A DNA stretch of 62,392 bases, filler included, from Nitrospiraceae bacterium (lineage in GTDB: Bacteria > Nitrospirota > Nitrospiria > Nitrospirales > UBA2166): NCBI GenBank assembly GCA_002726235.1. It is 7 parts of 7 records of this genome, joined end to end, with 100 filler letters (N's around TTAATTAATTAA, not from the genome) between each part and the next. Parts side by side here need not be neighbours in the genome. Positions count along the whole stretch, not along the records: positions 19,110 to 26,651 come from PBSN01000005.1; positions 26,752 to 28,838 come from PBSN01000008.1; positions 28,939 to 37,296 come from PBSN01000009.1; 4 more parts are not named here. One strand, 5' to 3'. A model generated the notes under the pieces. The model made no database searches, was not told the origin of the DNA, and worked only from the letters and a program-made list of their open reading frames with translations. Positions within the stretch are counted from its first letter, which is position 1; the number at the start of each line of letters is the position of its first letter. The translations under genes were made by a program, and so were the position numbers. Of this stretch, positions 22,101-34,200 are shown piece by piece.

Positions 22101-25100
22101 CTATCGTATCATTCTTCGTTGACGATGGGACGATCGGGGGACAGACGCCCGGTGAGAATATCGACAACGTGGATGTCGTGTTGGATGCAATGGCACAATA
22201 TGGCGCTCAGTTTAAGCTTTCTAAAACGCAGCTTTTGACCACCTCAGTTATCTTGCTGGGATTCCTTATCAAAGATGGCAAACGTTACGTCCATCCTGGG
22301 AAAACCAAAACCACTAGGAACTGGACAGTCAGTGATATACCGGGGATTGTATCGTTCCTCGCGTTCGCGAACTTCCTGCGGGAATTCGTCCCGACATTAG
22401 CCGAGCGAGCAAAACCGCTGAGGGAGTTCATCAAAAACTATGAGTCGCTGAACACCTTTAAGGAAAACTGGGAAGCGGCGACCGAGGCCAGGGAGGCGTT
22501 TGAGAAGCTGAAGGATGAGATAGATACGGGGATGGGGTTGAGTATTCCAGATCCGGAAAGCGAATTCCACTTATTCGTCGACGCGTCCGCCAAAGCGTGG
22601 GGAGCAACTCTTGTCCAGTTTCCGGAAGGGCAGAAAGACCCAAGGGTCATCTCCAGCACATCAGGAACATGGAAGGCGTCCGAATTGGTCTACGATATTC
22701 GGGAGAAGGAGATGCTGAGCGCAGTCCGCGGGTTAGAAAATTTCTCTTCAATAATCGGTACTACACACACCTTTGTGTACACTGACCACAAAAACAATCT
22801 CTCGACATTTAAAGTCAAGAGGAGGAGTCACCAAAGACTCATAAGAGTTGCACTTGAGTTGCAACAATATAACGCGACCCTGTGCTTCCTAAAGGGCGGA
22901 CTGAACGTTCTTGGCGATGCGCCGAGTCGTTTATCAGTCAAAGCGGTAAAGGACGTTCGATTACCAGCGGTTTCGGTGACGCAGATGCTTCAAGCCTTTA
23001 TGAAGCCTGCCGAATGGTGGGAGTTAGTCGAGAAGAGTCCGAGCAAGTGGCTCATAGGACCGCGAGAACCCTCTCTCGGGGTCGAATTTACCGATACATT
23101 CGCCATGGAAAAAGAAGATTCAACACCTAAAGACTGTGAATCAGTTAATGCGGTCGGATTGGAGAGAGAGGAGGAGGAGTTGACGGTAGAAGATTGCATA
23201 ACCCTGAACGCGATTGATCTGGCAGTAGAGCTCTACGATTCTGAAAAAGATCCAAAGCTGCCTAAGAGCTGGAAGGAGATACCGACAGGAATCACCAGGG
23301 TGGAAGATAAAGCGGGGGATAACATCGTTGTGAGATACCAAACTAAGCACAAAAGAAAGGACGGAGCATCCCGCAAAGATGTCTGGTATAAACTCAGGGT
23401 CGGGAGAGATGGCGAGGCCTTAAAAAGAGCGCTTCACCACTTTAGACGCCATGACAAAGGCACAAAGAACACTCGAGAAATGTGCAACCTTCTCGAGAAA
23501 GCTGACCGGTTTGAAGAAAAGCACAAAACCCTGTATGGGAACGATAAAGAAGAAGACGAAGAGTCAGATGAAAGCGAAAATGAGGAAGACATCGAAGACG
23601 AATTACACATAGAGCCACCGGCAAGAGGACTCGAGCGAGTCAGACAGGAGGACCTAAACCCAGACCAAGAACAAATCAAACAGGACAATCCAGACAAGCC
23701 GGAAGAGAAGAGACAGCCAGCCACTGAGTCAAATGAAAAAGAGGCGGGAGAACCAGTAGAGGAGCATGGTAACAATGAGGGCGGGAAAGGAGACAAGAAA
23801 GCCAAAAGCTCAAATGTAAGATTCGGGCCTCAAGAAGTGAAAACCTACAAGGTAGACAAAATAAGACCAGGCGTATACTCAGGATCTCATTTGAAAAAGG
23901 GACCGAAGAGAAAAGAGGGAGAGCCGAACTGGCTCGCAAGGCTCAAAAAGGCAGAATCGCCCGATGAGGAAATTCCACCTGAGGATAATAGTGATAACAA
24001 TGAGGCACGGCGGAAAGCAAAGTGGGGGAAGAAAGAGTGGGATAGTGGGAAATGGAAGCCCGAGGTGAAAAAGAAAATACGGCAGATCAGAGAGGGAAAA
24101 TACTCGATGATACCCGGACGGTGGCAAGTGAGANAGAGGGATTACAANGTTACTTCACACGACGGGAGAACGNGGGAGTACACAGCGAGGNNAATGATCC
24201 GGGGGCCGGGTAAAGGAGAGGTGTGGTGGGCGAGGGGACTGGATAAATGGGNCCACCAANATTACTTTCNAACGGCGATCATTCAGGAGAGCAAAATACA
24301 GAACCACAANGATTTGCTTAAAGCAATATTATTGATTGAAAAAACCCTACGNGCGTCAAAGAANGTCCTCATCGTGGGGGAGCCGGATGGTATTTGTGCG
24401 ATAGTGAACCTGCTCTACTTAGGAGAAGTAGACCATTATCGAGATAAGGTCGAGTTCCCTGAAAAGGGATGGGTCTGCGAATTAGCCAATTGGATTGAGG
24501 AGTACGGGGAGAAGGTCTGGTCGGGCGAAGGGGATCAGCCGACCGAGCCTCGCTGGACCGAAGTGACAAAGGAAGATCGGTGGAGGGTGGAGGTCCGTAA
24601 GTCGGACGACCCGACTTCGATGGACAACTTCGGGTTCGAGAGGAAGGAGGAGGGGCCCAGGAAGAAACCAGAACCAAAGTTGCCTACAGGGATCGAAAGG
24701 GCGAGGTTGGCCCGTGTTATAAACAGGCTCGATGCGAAGATCACCAAACTGGGGTGGTTCCCAGGCGAGGGGGTGGTGATGCCGCATAAGCCTGAGGTAA
24801 TGGCGGTAGTATCCGAATATTTGGCGAAAGCGCGGATCGAGGCGACGTCGGTTTATCTGACCAAGAGCAAGTGCGAAATCACGGTCCCACCGGGGACGAT
24901 CACGGCAAAGACCCTACTACTAACGGATCGACTCCCAGTGTCTGTTGAATTCAAACAACCACTGAACCCTGCGGAGAAGATCGTAGTGGGGAGCGATGAA
25001 CCGACCCTGACGGTTTTCACGTTGCATCCGAACCAACTCTCTGACAATGAGTGGGATTGGATCACCAACGTCCTTCACCTGAGCAACCCAGTTCAACAAG

Positions 25101-26651
25101 AGGCGGCAAACGAAGTCCCTTTCGTTCTCGACGGGAGCCCCGAGCGACGAATGTTTCCTGGGATCCAGCTTCAAGTGGAGGAAGAAATTTGGCGTGACGA
25201 CTATATCGCACAAGTATATTGCTTGTTAAAAAGCGGAGGAACAGCCGAATATGGGTTGGAGTATTTGAGGGTGAAAACGTACAAACTCTGGTGGGAGAAA
25301 GGGAAGAGGCTAGCACCGATCGACTGGAAGATGGCGTTAAACAGGACGCGGGACTTTATAATCGAGAATGATCGATTGTATTACCTCGAGCGGACGGGGC
25401 ATGAAACCCTGAAGCGGCTTTATGTTAGCGAGGGGGAGGCGAAAGAGGAGGTTTTTCAAAAGGTGAAATTTTCACTAACCCGGAGGCAGGCAGTTTTGAT
25501 CGAGTCCCATCGCAGGACGAGCCACGGGGGAGCTGAAGTAATGGGTCAGGATATGGCGGGAGTGTGGTGGCCGCGAATCGCGCCGAATATCCGCGATCTC
25601 GTTAAGGTTTGCGTAGTTTGCGATTATCTAAAAACGAGGCGGAAGACTACAACCTCGAAGAAAACCCATTTTCGTTCGGGGGTTTTCTCCGAAATCACAA
25701 TTGATTCATGCGGGCCATATCGAATTAAAAAGGCAACTGGGGAAATTGAGAGCAAGTACATCGTTGTATTTCTGTGCGAGTTCAGCCAGTTTATCTGGTT
25801 GAGACTGACGGTGAAGAACGACGCGGTAACAATCGCGAGGGAATTAGTTTTTGGGGTGATCATGGGGCTCGTAGGGGGAGGAATAACAATCCGCACAGAC
25901 CGGGGGAGTGAATACAACAATACTTTACTAAACGCAGTCAACAACCTCCTCAACAACACCACCCATTTCTCCAATGCCTTTAACCCGTGCTCGTTGTCTC
26001 GTAACGAGCACTCGCATAAATACATACTAAGGTATTTGCGAACGGGTGCACCCTTAAACGAATCTATGGTTCGTTCCATAGAATTCGCTCACCGCACCAC
26101 CCCCAAACAGCAATTAGGGTGGAAGACCCCAATGGAGATCATAACCGGGAGAAATCCTTGTCTCGACTTCTTAACAAAGAGTGGAAAACGAACGGAGGAC
26201 TATGGGGAGAAAAACAATCGAATTCTTGATTTAGTATTAGAGTCGCTTGTGCAGACAAGAAAGGAGGTAGACGCTTTTAGGAGGGCAGAGAGCTTGAAGC
26301 GGAGGGAGTGCGATAACTGTGGATTGGGTCTAACAAAGCTTATCGTGGGGAGTTTGGTTCTATTGGACCGACCCCCAGATGGGCCAATGGTCCGTAAAAA
26401 ACGGGACCAAGAAAACACCTTTAAGGTGAAAAAGGAGAATGAAATCTACCGGATTCTGAGCACTACAGGATCCCAAATAACGATCGAGTCCCTTCATCGG
26501 TCGAATTCGATCCAAAAGGTCTCCCACAAGAGACTTACACCTATTGTGAATACACAATTTGTAGCTCACGCGGGGCTTCCCGTACCCGCACTACTAGTAC
26601 AGAGAGGGAGGGAGTTAGAGGGAATGGTCACCCATTTAGGGCCTGGCACGT
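19110..26651 (+). mobile_element. Ty3/Gypsy-type LTR retrotransposon gag-pol polyprotein (>2500 aa, both ends truncated, LTRs not captured)
   Basis: Zn knuckles (CLTCAGFHAGEC, CPICQGSGH), protease IGIDSCA, RT (VVDYRIVN, LPFGPKNGP, FVDD at 22115-22126), RNase H (FVDAS, EKEM, YTDH, GDAPSR), integrase (H-x4-H...CVVC, IDSCGP, TDRGSEY, RNE) in PR-RT-RH-IN order. Confidence 0.92.
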
Positions 26652-26806
26652 NNNNNNNNNNNNNNNNNNNNNNNNNNNNNNNNNNNNNNNNNNNNTTAAT
26701 TAATTAANNNNNNNNNNNNNNNNNNNNNNNNNNNNNNNNNNNNNNNNNNNNACTACATATGTTACATTAGATACATAGATGCCAACAGTACATTGAGAGG
26801 TGCGCA

Positions 26807-26959
26807 ATGAGGATGACACGAATTTTGATACAGGTACCAGTTTCTATGAAGCACAAATTAGATGCGTTGCGCGGCCAGGGCTACAGCGTAGCGGGGTATG
26901 TTCGGGCGGTGTTGGAGCGGGAGTTGAGCAAGACCACAACAGAATCGAAAGCGAGGTAG
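26807..26959 (+). CDS. Small ribbon-helix-helix (CopG-like) protein, not in the ORF track
   Basis: MRMTRILIQVPVSMKHKLDALRGQGYSVAGYVRAVLERELSKTTTESKAR (50 aa); GAGG RBS; beta-strand plus two helices pattern; stops 3 nt before the integrase ATG. Confidence 0.75.
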   Translation: MRMTRILIQVPVSMKHKLDALRGQGYSVAGYVRAVLERELSKTTTESKAR

Positions 26960-26962
26960 GGG

Positions 26963-28093
26963 ATGGCACGAGCAGGGCGTAAAGACCGGGGATTGGTACA
27001 ACGCAAAGACACAGCGGGTAAACCTGTGTGGTATGTCAGGTTATGGGACCAGGGCCGGGAACGCTGGTTTGGATCATTTGCCAATAAGACACAGGCACGA
27101 GAATTCTATGAAGCACGAAAGCTCGAACAGCGTGAGGGCAAACTTTTCCCCGAACAATTCCAGCGGCGTGGGCAAGTGACTTTAGAGCAAGTCATTGAAG
27201 ACTACATCGCCGCGAGTACCAAGAAGTCGGTTAGCGATGATAGGCGTTATGCGCGGTTGTGGTTGAAAGAGTTTCCAGGGAGCAAGATTCGAGAAGTCAC
27301 GCCGAGCAGTATCGAGAAAGTTCGTCAACGGCTACTTGACCGAGGGCTCGCCCCAAGCAGCACCAACCGTGCTTTGGCTTTCTTGCGGCACGTCTTGAAC
27401 CTTGCGGTACGGGATGGGTTGTTGGCCGTCAGCCCAATGATTCAAGTGAAGTTCCTCAAAGAGTCGCCTGGAAAGTTACGTTACCTCAGTCTGGGGGAGG
27501 AGGCGAAGGTCTGTGAGGCGATCGGTCCGATGTATGCACCGTGGGTTCGGTTTGCCATTCTGACGGGACTACGCCAGATGGAGCAGTTTAGTCTTCGGTG
27601 GGAACATGTGGATCTTGAACGTGGGGTGCTCACGCTTCCCCACACGAAATCAGGTGAGGTTCAATACATGCATATCAACCACGAAGCTCAAATCATCCTA
27701 CGAAGCCTTGACTCGTGGCAACGATCAGTATGGGTGTTTCCCTCAGACAATTCGAGAACACACATGCAGCCGTTGAACTTCTATCATCGACACTACATCC
27801 CGGCTGTGAAGAAAGCAGGGCTTAGCGGTGTGACATGGCATACCCTCAGACACACATTCGCATCAAGGTTGGCCATGAGTGGGGCTACCGAACAGGATAT
27901 AGCTGCATGTCTCAGACACAGCACGACTGCCTTAGTGAAGCGATATGCGCATTTGAGTCCATCTCACCTAAAAGGAGTTGTCGAGAAGGTGGCGCGATTT
28001 GAAGAAATCGAGGCTGGAAAAACTGAAAACTCAGTTCCAACCGAGATTAAACCGGGGATAGAGCCTGTGGCTGATCGGGAGCAGGTAGCGTAA
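26963..28093 (+). CDS. int: Tyrosine recombinase/phage integrase
   Basis: N-terminal arm-binding-like segment (WYVRLW...FGSF), TGLR, TKSG, HTLRHTFAS, RH, RYAHL; ends 14 bp from the tRNA 3' end. Confidence 0.95.
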   Translation: MARAGRKDRGLVQRKDTAGKPVWYVRLWDQGRERWFGSFANKTQAREFYEARKLEQREGKLFPEQFQRRGQVTLEQVIEDYIAASTKKSVSDDRRYARLWLKEFPGSKIREVTPSSIEKVRQRLLDRGLAPSSTNRALAFLRHVLNLAVRDGLLAVSPMIQVKFLKESPGKLRYLSLGEEAKVCEAIGPMYAPWVRFAILTGLRQMEQFSLRWEHVDLERGVLTLPHTKSGEVQYMHINHEAQIILRSLDSWQRSVWVFPSDNSRTHMQPLNFYHRHYIPAVKKAGLSGVTWHTLRHTFASRLAMSGATEQDIAACLRHSTTALVKRYAHLSPSHLKGVVEKVARFEEIEAGKTENSVPTEIKPGIEPVADREQVA

Positions 28094-28107
28094 GTGGTTG
28101 ATTTAAT

Positions 28108-28184
28108 TGGTGGGCCCACCAGGACTTGAACCTGGGACCAACTGATTATGAGTCAGCCGCTCTAACCAACTGAGCTATGGGCCC
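28108..28184 (-). tRNA. tRNA with CAT anticodon, most likely tRNA-Ile2 (lysidine)
   Basis: GGGCCCATAGCTCAGTTGGTTAGAGC GGCTGACTCATAATCAG...GGTTCAAGTCC...GGGCCCACCA; paired G1-C72, no initiator GGG/CCC anticodon stem; lies downstream of rpoD. Confidence 0.88.
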
Positions 28185-28325
28185 ACAAAAATTCCTTTAG
28201 CAGGGTTTCAGAAGATACAGTCAGGAGTGTTGCTCAGCGTATGTCGTTCGGATATGCTTTTTCTTCGACCAATCCAAGGCATGGCCAGAGGATATTTTTG
28301 ACCATCCTGAACATTCTTCCAAAAG

Positions 28326-28838
28326 CTACACGAAATTTTTAAGCCGTTCGCTACGGCTTGGATGGCGTAGTTTCCGCAGAGCTTTTGCTTCGATCTGGCG
28401 GATACGTTCCCTGGTGACTTCAAAGTTTTGTCCGACTTCTTCAAGTGTATGGTCTGTGCTTTCACCGATCCCGAAACGCTTACGCAGTACTTTTTCTTCC
28501 CGAGGGGTTAATGCATTTAGCGAGTTTCCGATTTGTTTTTGGAGGTCGTAGCGAACCGCGGCATCGAGGGGAGAGAGTGTTTTTTTGTCCTCGATGAAAT
28601 CTCCGAGATGGCTATCTTCTTCTTCGCCGATGGGTGTCTCTAGGGAAATGGGTTCTTTGGAAATTTTTAATATTTTCCGAACCTTTTCGATGGGAATATC
28701 CATTTTTTCTCCGATCTCCTCAGGGAGCGGTTCACGTCCAAGTTGCTGAACGAGTTGGCGTGACATGCGGGTCAGTTTATTGATAGTTTCAATCATATGG
28801 ACGGGAATTCGTATGGTTCGAGCCTGATCGGCAATGGC
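28326..28838 (-). CDS. rpoD: RNA polymerase sigma factor RpoD, regions 3-4 (5'-truncated)
   Basis: [60 protein letters not shown]. Confidence 0.97.
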   Translation of the reverse strand, partial: AIADQARTIRIPVHMIETINKLTRMSRQLVQQLGREPLPEEIGEKMDIPIEKVRKILKISKEPISLETPIGEEEDSHLGDFIEDKKTLSPLDAAVRYDLQKQIGNSLNALTPREEKVLRKRFGIGESTDHTLEEVGQNFEVTRERIRQIEAKALRKLRHPSRSERLKNFV

Positions 28839-28938
28839 NNNNNNNNNNNNNNNNNNNNNNNNNNNNNNNNNNNNNNNNNNNNTTAATTAATTAANNNNNN
28901 NNNNNNNNNNNNNNNNNNNNNNNNNNNNNNNNNNNNNN

Positions 28939-31172
28939 GACGAAGGCGGAGCAGCATCTGCAGAGAGTTTCGTGCTTTCAAGATCATCAGGAATATCAGT
29001 GAACAGAGCAGTTTCCTCAGGAGAGAGAGGCTTGCGGCCGTAGAGTTCACATTTCTTCATGTTGACCTTGATGAGGAGCTTCTTGAGTTCGCTTCGAATG
29101 AAGAGGAAGGCTTCGCGAAGCACACGAACATCTTTGTGAAGAAGAGTGATGTCGTCCATGTAGGCGTAAACTTTCAGATCCTTGAAGCGTGGATCACTCT
29201 TGAGTTTACGGAGCAGTGGTTGGAGAAGAGCGCAGAAGAACAAGGGAGAGGTGACTGAGCCCTGGCGGCAACCACGCTGACTTTGAACACATTGAATCTC
29301 ATCCTTGTGGCGGAGGTACAAGTTGGAGTAGTCACCGTATTCAAGGTCGAAGAGGTGGCGGAACGGACGAAGGACTTCTTCAGAAGCGATAACTTCAGCC
29401 ATTTTATGGCGGCAGGGAGTGTTGTAGGCGTTGGAGCAGTCGACAGTCAAGACGTAGTACTCTTGATTCATGACGAGATCACGGACGGAGTGGATGATCT
29501 TTTCAACACCACCTTTGACCATAATACCATACTGACCGACGGCAGTAAAGAAGGCACTGAGCTCTTTGGCATGACGATCGAGGAGAAGTCGTGAGGGAAT
29601 TTTCAAAAGAGCTTCGCCCATGGCGATGGGGCGGACAGTGGGACAGCGGTCTCCAGGTTTTGATGGCTTGGGTAAGGCAATCAAGTTGCATTCACGAAGA
29701 ATCGCGCGGACGATGTGATTCTCGGGGAAGTCGTTGTTGGCGATGGCGTTGACAAGGTCGGTGATGCGGCGTGCCATGATGGTGCCGTGATGAAGATCCG
29801 TGAGGAGAGGGTGGAGTAGTTCTTCAGTCCAGCCGCTGGGGCCTGGAGCGGTACCATCACGATGACTCTTGACATCGTTGAGAACTTCTTGGATTGTGAA
29901 TGGCGGTTCGATTCTCACCTTCTCTTGATCCAGTTTCCAAGCAGAAGGTGGTCCACGAGTACAAGTCGCAGGATTGCGATGGTCGGTGTCGGGAGGAGCA
30001 GGGGGATGGAGACTCTTCATCTGATCGAGGATGCCAATCATATTCGGATATCCAGATTGGTGCCGTTGTGGGGTGAAGAAGGGTGGAAGAGGATTCACAT
30101 CAGCAATAGCACCCAGTAAAGTTTTGGCGGCTTTACCAGGACGACCGAGAGAGTTGAAGCGAAGAGCGCGATGAACGACGCGTCTCTCAATTCGCGGAAT
30201 CTCGTTGAACGATTCCTTGACAGATTTCTGAACTCGCTTAAAAGGATTAACTGTGAATTCAATCTTCTTTTTGTTGGAGTTGTTTTCATCATCATCATGA
30301 TCGTTGTCATCATCATCTTTATCAGCGTCGTCTGCATCGACTTTCTTGGGTTGGACTGTGGCTTTAGAAAGCATCACGTTGCGGACTTTGATGAGATGAT
30401 TATCAAATCTTGGAGCTTGATTGACGCAGTTGCCTTGGATCATGGAAGACCAAAGCGAGACAGGATCATTTCCAAAACGTTGGAGTTGTTCGAGAGTTTT
30501 CGGATGGTGTTGTTGTTGTTGTCCATCAGTGCCGTATGCAGGAGGCGGAGGACGTGTTGATGATGAAATGTTCGTAGAAGAATCAGTTGCACTGTTATCG
30601 TTATTATTATTATTATTATTATTATCATCGTCATCATTTTGAGAATCGCTTTTCATCTTGTCATTTTTGTTGTTCTCAGAAGACGCAGTCGGAGAAGCAT
30701 CTGTGCGAAGTGCGTTAGCATCTTGAGAACGGTAGATGGCGTCGAGGAAGATAGCAGCGGCCTCTTGATTTTGATGAATCTTCTCATGGCAGTTTTGGGT
30801 GAACTCGATTTCACTTTTCACAGCAGCTTCGCGGGCGTTGGAGGCTTGGCCGAGCAAGTAACGAGGCGCGCCGAGGAGATGGATCAAAAATTCAGCATTC
30901 ACTAGCAAGTTGGCGGCATCGCGTTGGAGTTTGTTGTAGTGAGAGGCTGCGACGGACTGTTTGTAGTTGTGAACGTCAGTGATTGTTGTCAAGAGGATTT
31001 GCCAGGAGCGATGGAGATGAGTTGGCAAAGCACGGACTGTGCGGAGATTGGCGATAGCAGCGGCCATGAAATTTTGCTTGAGATCTGGATCAGCAATGCC
31101 CTGAATGGCGTTGTGGACATTGTAGAGGGCTTCCTCTGAGCCCGTGTCGAGGCATTCAACAAATTTCTTCAT
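28939..31172 (-). CDS. Non-LTR retrotransposon RT, CRE/SLACS-like, 3'-truncated
   Basis: APGPSGW, RPIAMGE, QYGI..KGG, VDCSNAYN, RGCRQGS, AYMDD (29151-29162), VNMKKC; no APE domain N-terminally. Confidence 0.85.
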
Positions 31173-31299
31173 CGCGTTGTTGTTGATGGTATCTTCAGTA
31201 AGGAGAAGATCTTCAGCAAGGAGAAGATCATCAAATTATTACTGTTTTGTTGTTTGTTTTGTAGTTGCATCCAAGTTATCAAATCATTCTAAATCATTA

Positions 31300-34200
31300 T
31301 TAACCTTTAACAGAGGAAGAAAGAAAACTAGAAAGTTCTTGTCGCGCCAACCGCCCGAGAGAACCTCTGTTATCGTAGTATTTTCTAACCTCAGTATCAG
31401 TGATGAAGGCGGAGTCGGCAGTGCGGCCACGAGAAGGCTTATCAGCCCAGTTGTCCTTAGTGTTGACGTAGGACACAGAGAAGGAGAAATCCTCTTCGAC
31501 GAGGAAATTGACGGATTCGATAATCGCAGCATTGAGAGAAGGAGAAGTCTTGCTCTTACCCTTTTGAGCAGCGGCGACAACACTAGTGTTATCGATGCGG
31601 ATGTCGACGTTTTTGTTCTTGAGAAGTCGTTCTTTGAAGTGAGTGAGAGCGAGCCAGAGGGCGCGGGCTTCGAGTTCAGCGATTGTTTCAGCAGAAGGAT
31701 TGTGGATTTCTTTATCCCACTTACCACCAATAATTGCAACCGAGCCATCAGAAGAGATGAAGTAGGCTCCCCAGCCGGAGACAGAAGCATCAGTGAAAAG
31801 AAGATCGTAGTATTTATTTTTATTATTGTTGACATTTTCACCAGACGCAGGCAAGGAGAGAGAGGATTTTGCAGATTTCAACCACTTGTTGAGCTGGTCG
31901 CAGACGGAGCGTGGAAGTTCAACCTTGGTGTCGAGCGGCGTACCACGGTTGAGTTTGGAAACTTGACGGTTGGCCCACTTCATGGCGTAGAAGTAGTTGC
32001 CAGGGACTATGCGGAGCACACTAGAGCAGAAGAAGAGGCGGGAGATATCTTTCTCGAGATCGGTGATGAGGATTTCAGAGCCGTAGGCGTAGGACTGCGG
32101 GAGTTTCGAGAGAGTCTTGGAGGCGACGGAGACCTTGTGGTTCTTGTGGTCGAAGTGAATACCGATGAAGTCGTATTCGTCAGCAGCAGTGACATCACCA
32201 CCCTTCCAGGTGACATTGCAGGCCTTTCCAACGAGACGGATGCGATCGAGGTCGAGTTGAACATCTTCACGATTACCAGCAGTGCGGAAGCCATCGATCC
32301 AGACGGAGGTGCGAGTAGCAGCGGAGGCGAGCTTGACAGTTTCACCATTAATAACAGCAGTAGGCTTGACGGCGGTCATCTTACCAGCGATCGTTTCGAC
32401 GATGAGTTGCATCAATTCAGCGGAAGTGCGGAGGCCCATCGGAAGGCGAGTGAGTTCGTACCAGTTCTTCTCAGCATCGCAGAAGCGGAGCATGCGGCGG
32501 AATTCCTTGGGGATGACGACTTGGAAGAAGGAGATCTTGCAATCACCAGTACCAGCAGTTTCACGACGAACATCATCGATGAAGAAACCAGGAGCACGGA
32601 GCTGAGACATTTGAGGTTGATACTTGGCGACATCTTCGAGGTAGTCGTTGACGCAGTGGGTCCAGAGGATGGAACGGAGGCGTTGCTTCTTATCGGAGTC
32701 GAGTTCGACGACGTTGAACATGGTGTTCTGACCAACGGTGTTGCAGACATCTTCGGCAGGCACAGGAGCGGCGATACCATCAGCAGCGAGTTGTCGAGCG
32801 TGTTGAGGAAGATAGCGGCTTTGCTTCTCGGCGACGTTGTTCAAACGAGCTTGCTTCTCGGCGGAGATTTCATTAGAGAGATGACTAAGAGCGTCGGCGA
32901 AGGTGTTCTTCCAGAGAGTTTCGAAACGGCGAAGATGAGTGTCGGACATGAAGGTCTTGAGGCGTTCGAGATCGATGACCATGTCCTTGACGTTGTGGGA
33001 GTGAAGACGGATTGTTCTGTTCTGTTCATCATTGGCGGTAGAAGAAGAGTGAGACTTGCGGGCGAAAGTGTGCTTGGTGCGGTACTGGACGTAATCGTAG
33101 AGGTCCAACCAGCGAGCGTTTTCAAGAGCAGCAGAAGGAGAAGGAGAAGCAGCATCTAAAGAAGGCGAGTTGCTTTTTGAGTTCCGAACATTCTTGCGAG
33201 AAGAACCTTGTTGTTGATGTAACGAATTGTCGACTCCGGGAAGTGAGGATTCTGCTTGTCCTGATGCTTGGCCATGATCGGAAGAACGCGGAAGTCGAGC
33301 AGATCCTGATCGATGAACTGAACGAGCTTGTCCAGCGTCGTTCGCTTGAAGGAGTGACAAGTCAGGTTGCGGAGGATTCGGTCCTTCTTCAGCCAAGCAA
33401 GCATTTGATTGGTCGACTTGGGACACAACAACTGATCCTTCTTTAATTTCGAGATCTGACTTTTGAGAAGACGGAGCAGATGAGGATGTTTTTCTTCCAC
33501 CAACACTGTGAAGTTCACCGGACGGAACGGCTTCACTCTTGACGTTTTGATTGCTGACCCCCAACAAATCACGATTTCGTTCCTCTGAAGACACTGATGA
33601 TGGATGATGAAGTTGGCCTTGACGAGTTTCACCAGATCGCCCCACCTGCTTGCTGTTTTGTACGCCAGGTAGATGCACGCTTGAAGACGAGGATTGTTTG
33701 TTGCTGAGTTGTGAAGAAGATGTTGAAGTTGGGTGTCTGTCATCACCGGAGCCTGTTTTGGAGATTGGCTTGCCATCATTACACGACGACTCTTGAGGAA
33801 GTACGAGAGATTGTACGAGTCTCCCATTTCCAGCTCCACCATCAGAGTTTTGAGATTCTTGGCGTAATCCAGTTGAGTTGACGCCATTAACGGTTCCAGC
33901 TTGTTGTTGCGAAGGACTCGACGGTCCAGGACGAAGTTGATTAGACGAAGGTCTGTTGGAAGATGGTGTTGCTGATCGTTTGTTTCGGTCATGTAGTTGA
34001 TTGCGTTGGAGAGGAGGCTTGCCTTCTTGGTCCACGTTTCCTTCACGAACATGTTTTGAACTTGTTGCTTGAGATTCAGAATCCATGGATCCTGGATGTT
34101 GCAGCGCTTGAGAGACGATAGGATCACTTGACGAGCTACCTGCGACGACGTGAGCTTGTTGCTGTTGTTGTTGTTGTTGTTCATTTCGTTCAGCGGATCG

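Noticed and set aside
26800..26982. 60-aa ORF from the ORF track upstream of the integrase
   Set aside because: The overlapping frame 26807-26959 has a better RBS and a clear RHH pattern.
31144..33159. 671-aa plus-strand ORF
   Set aside because: Antisense shadow of the RT/RH gene caused by codon bias; no motifs.
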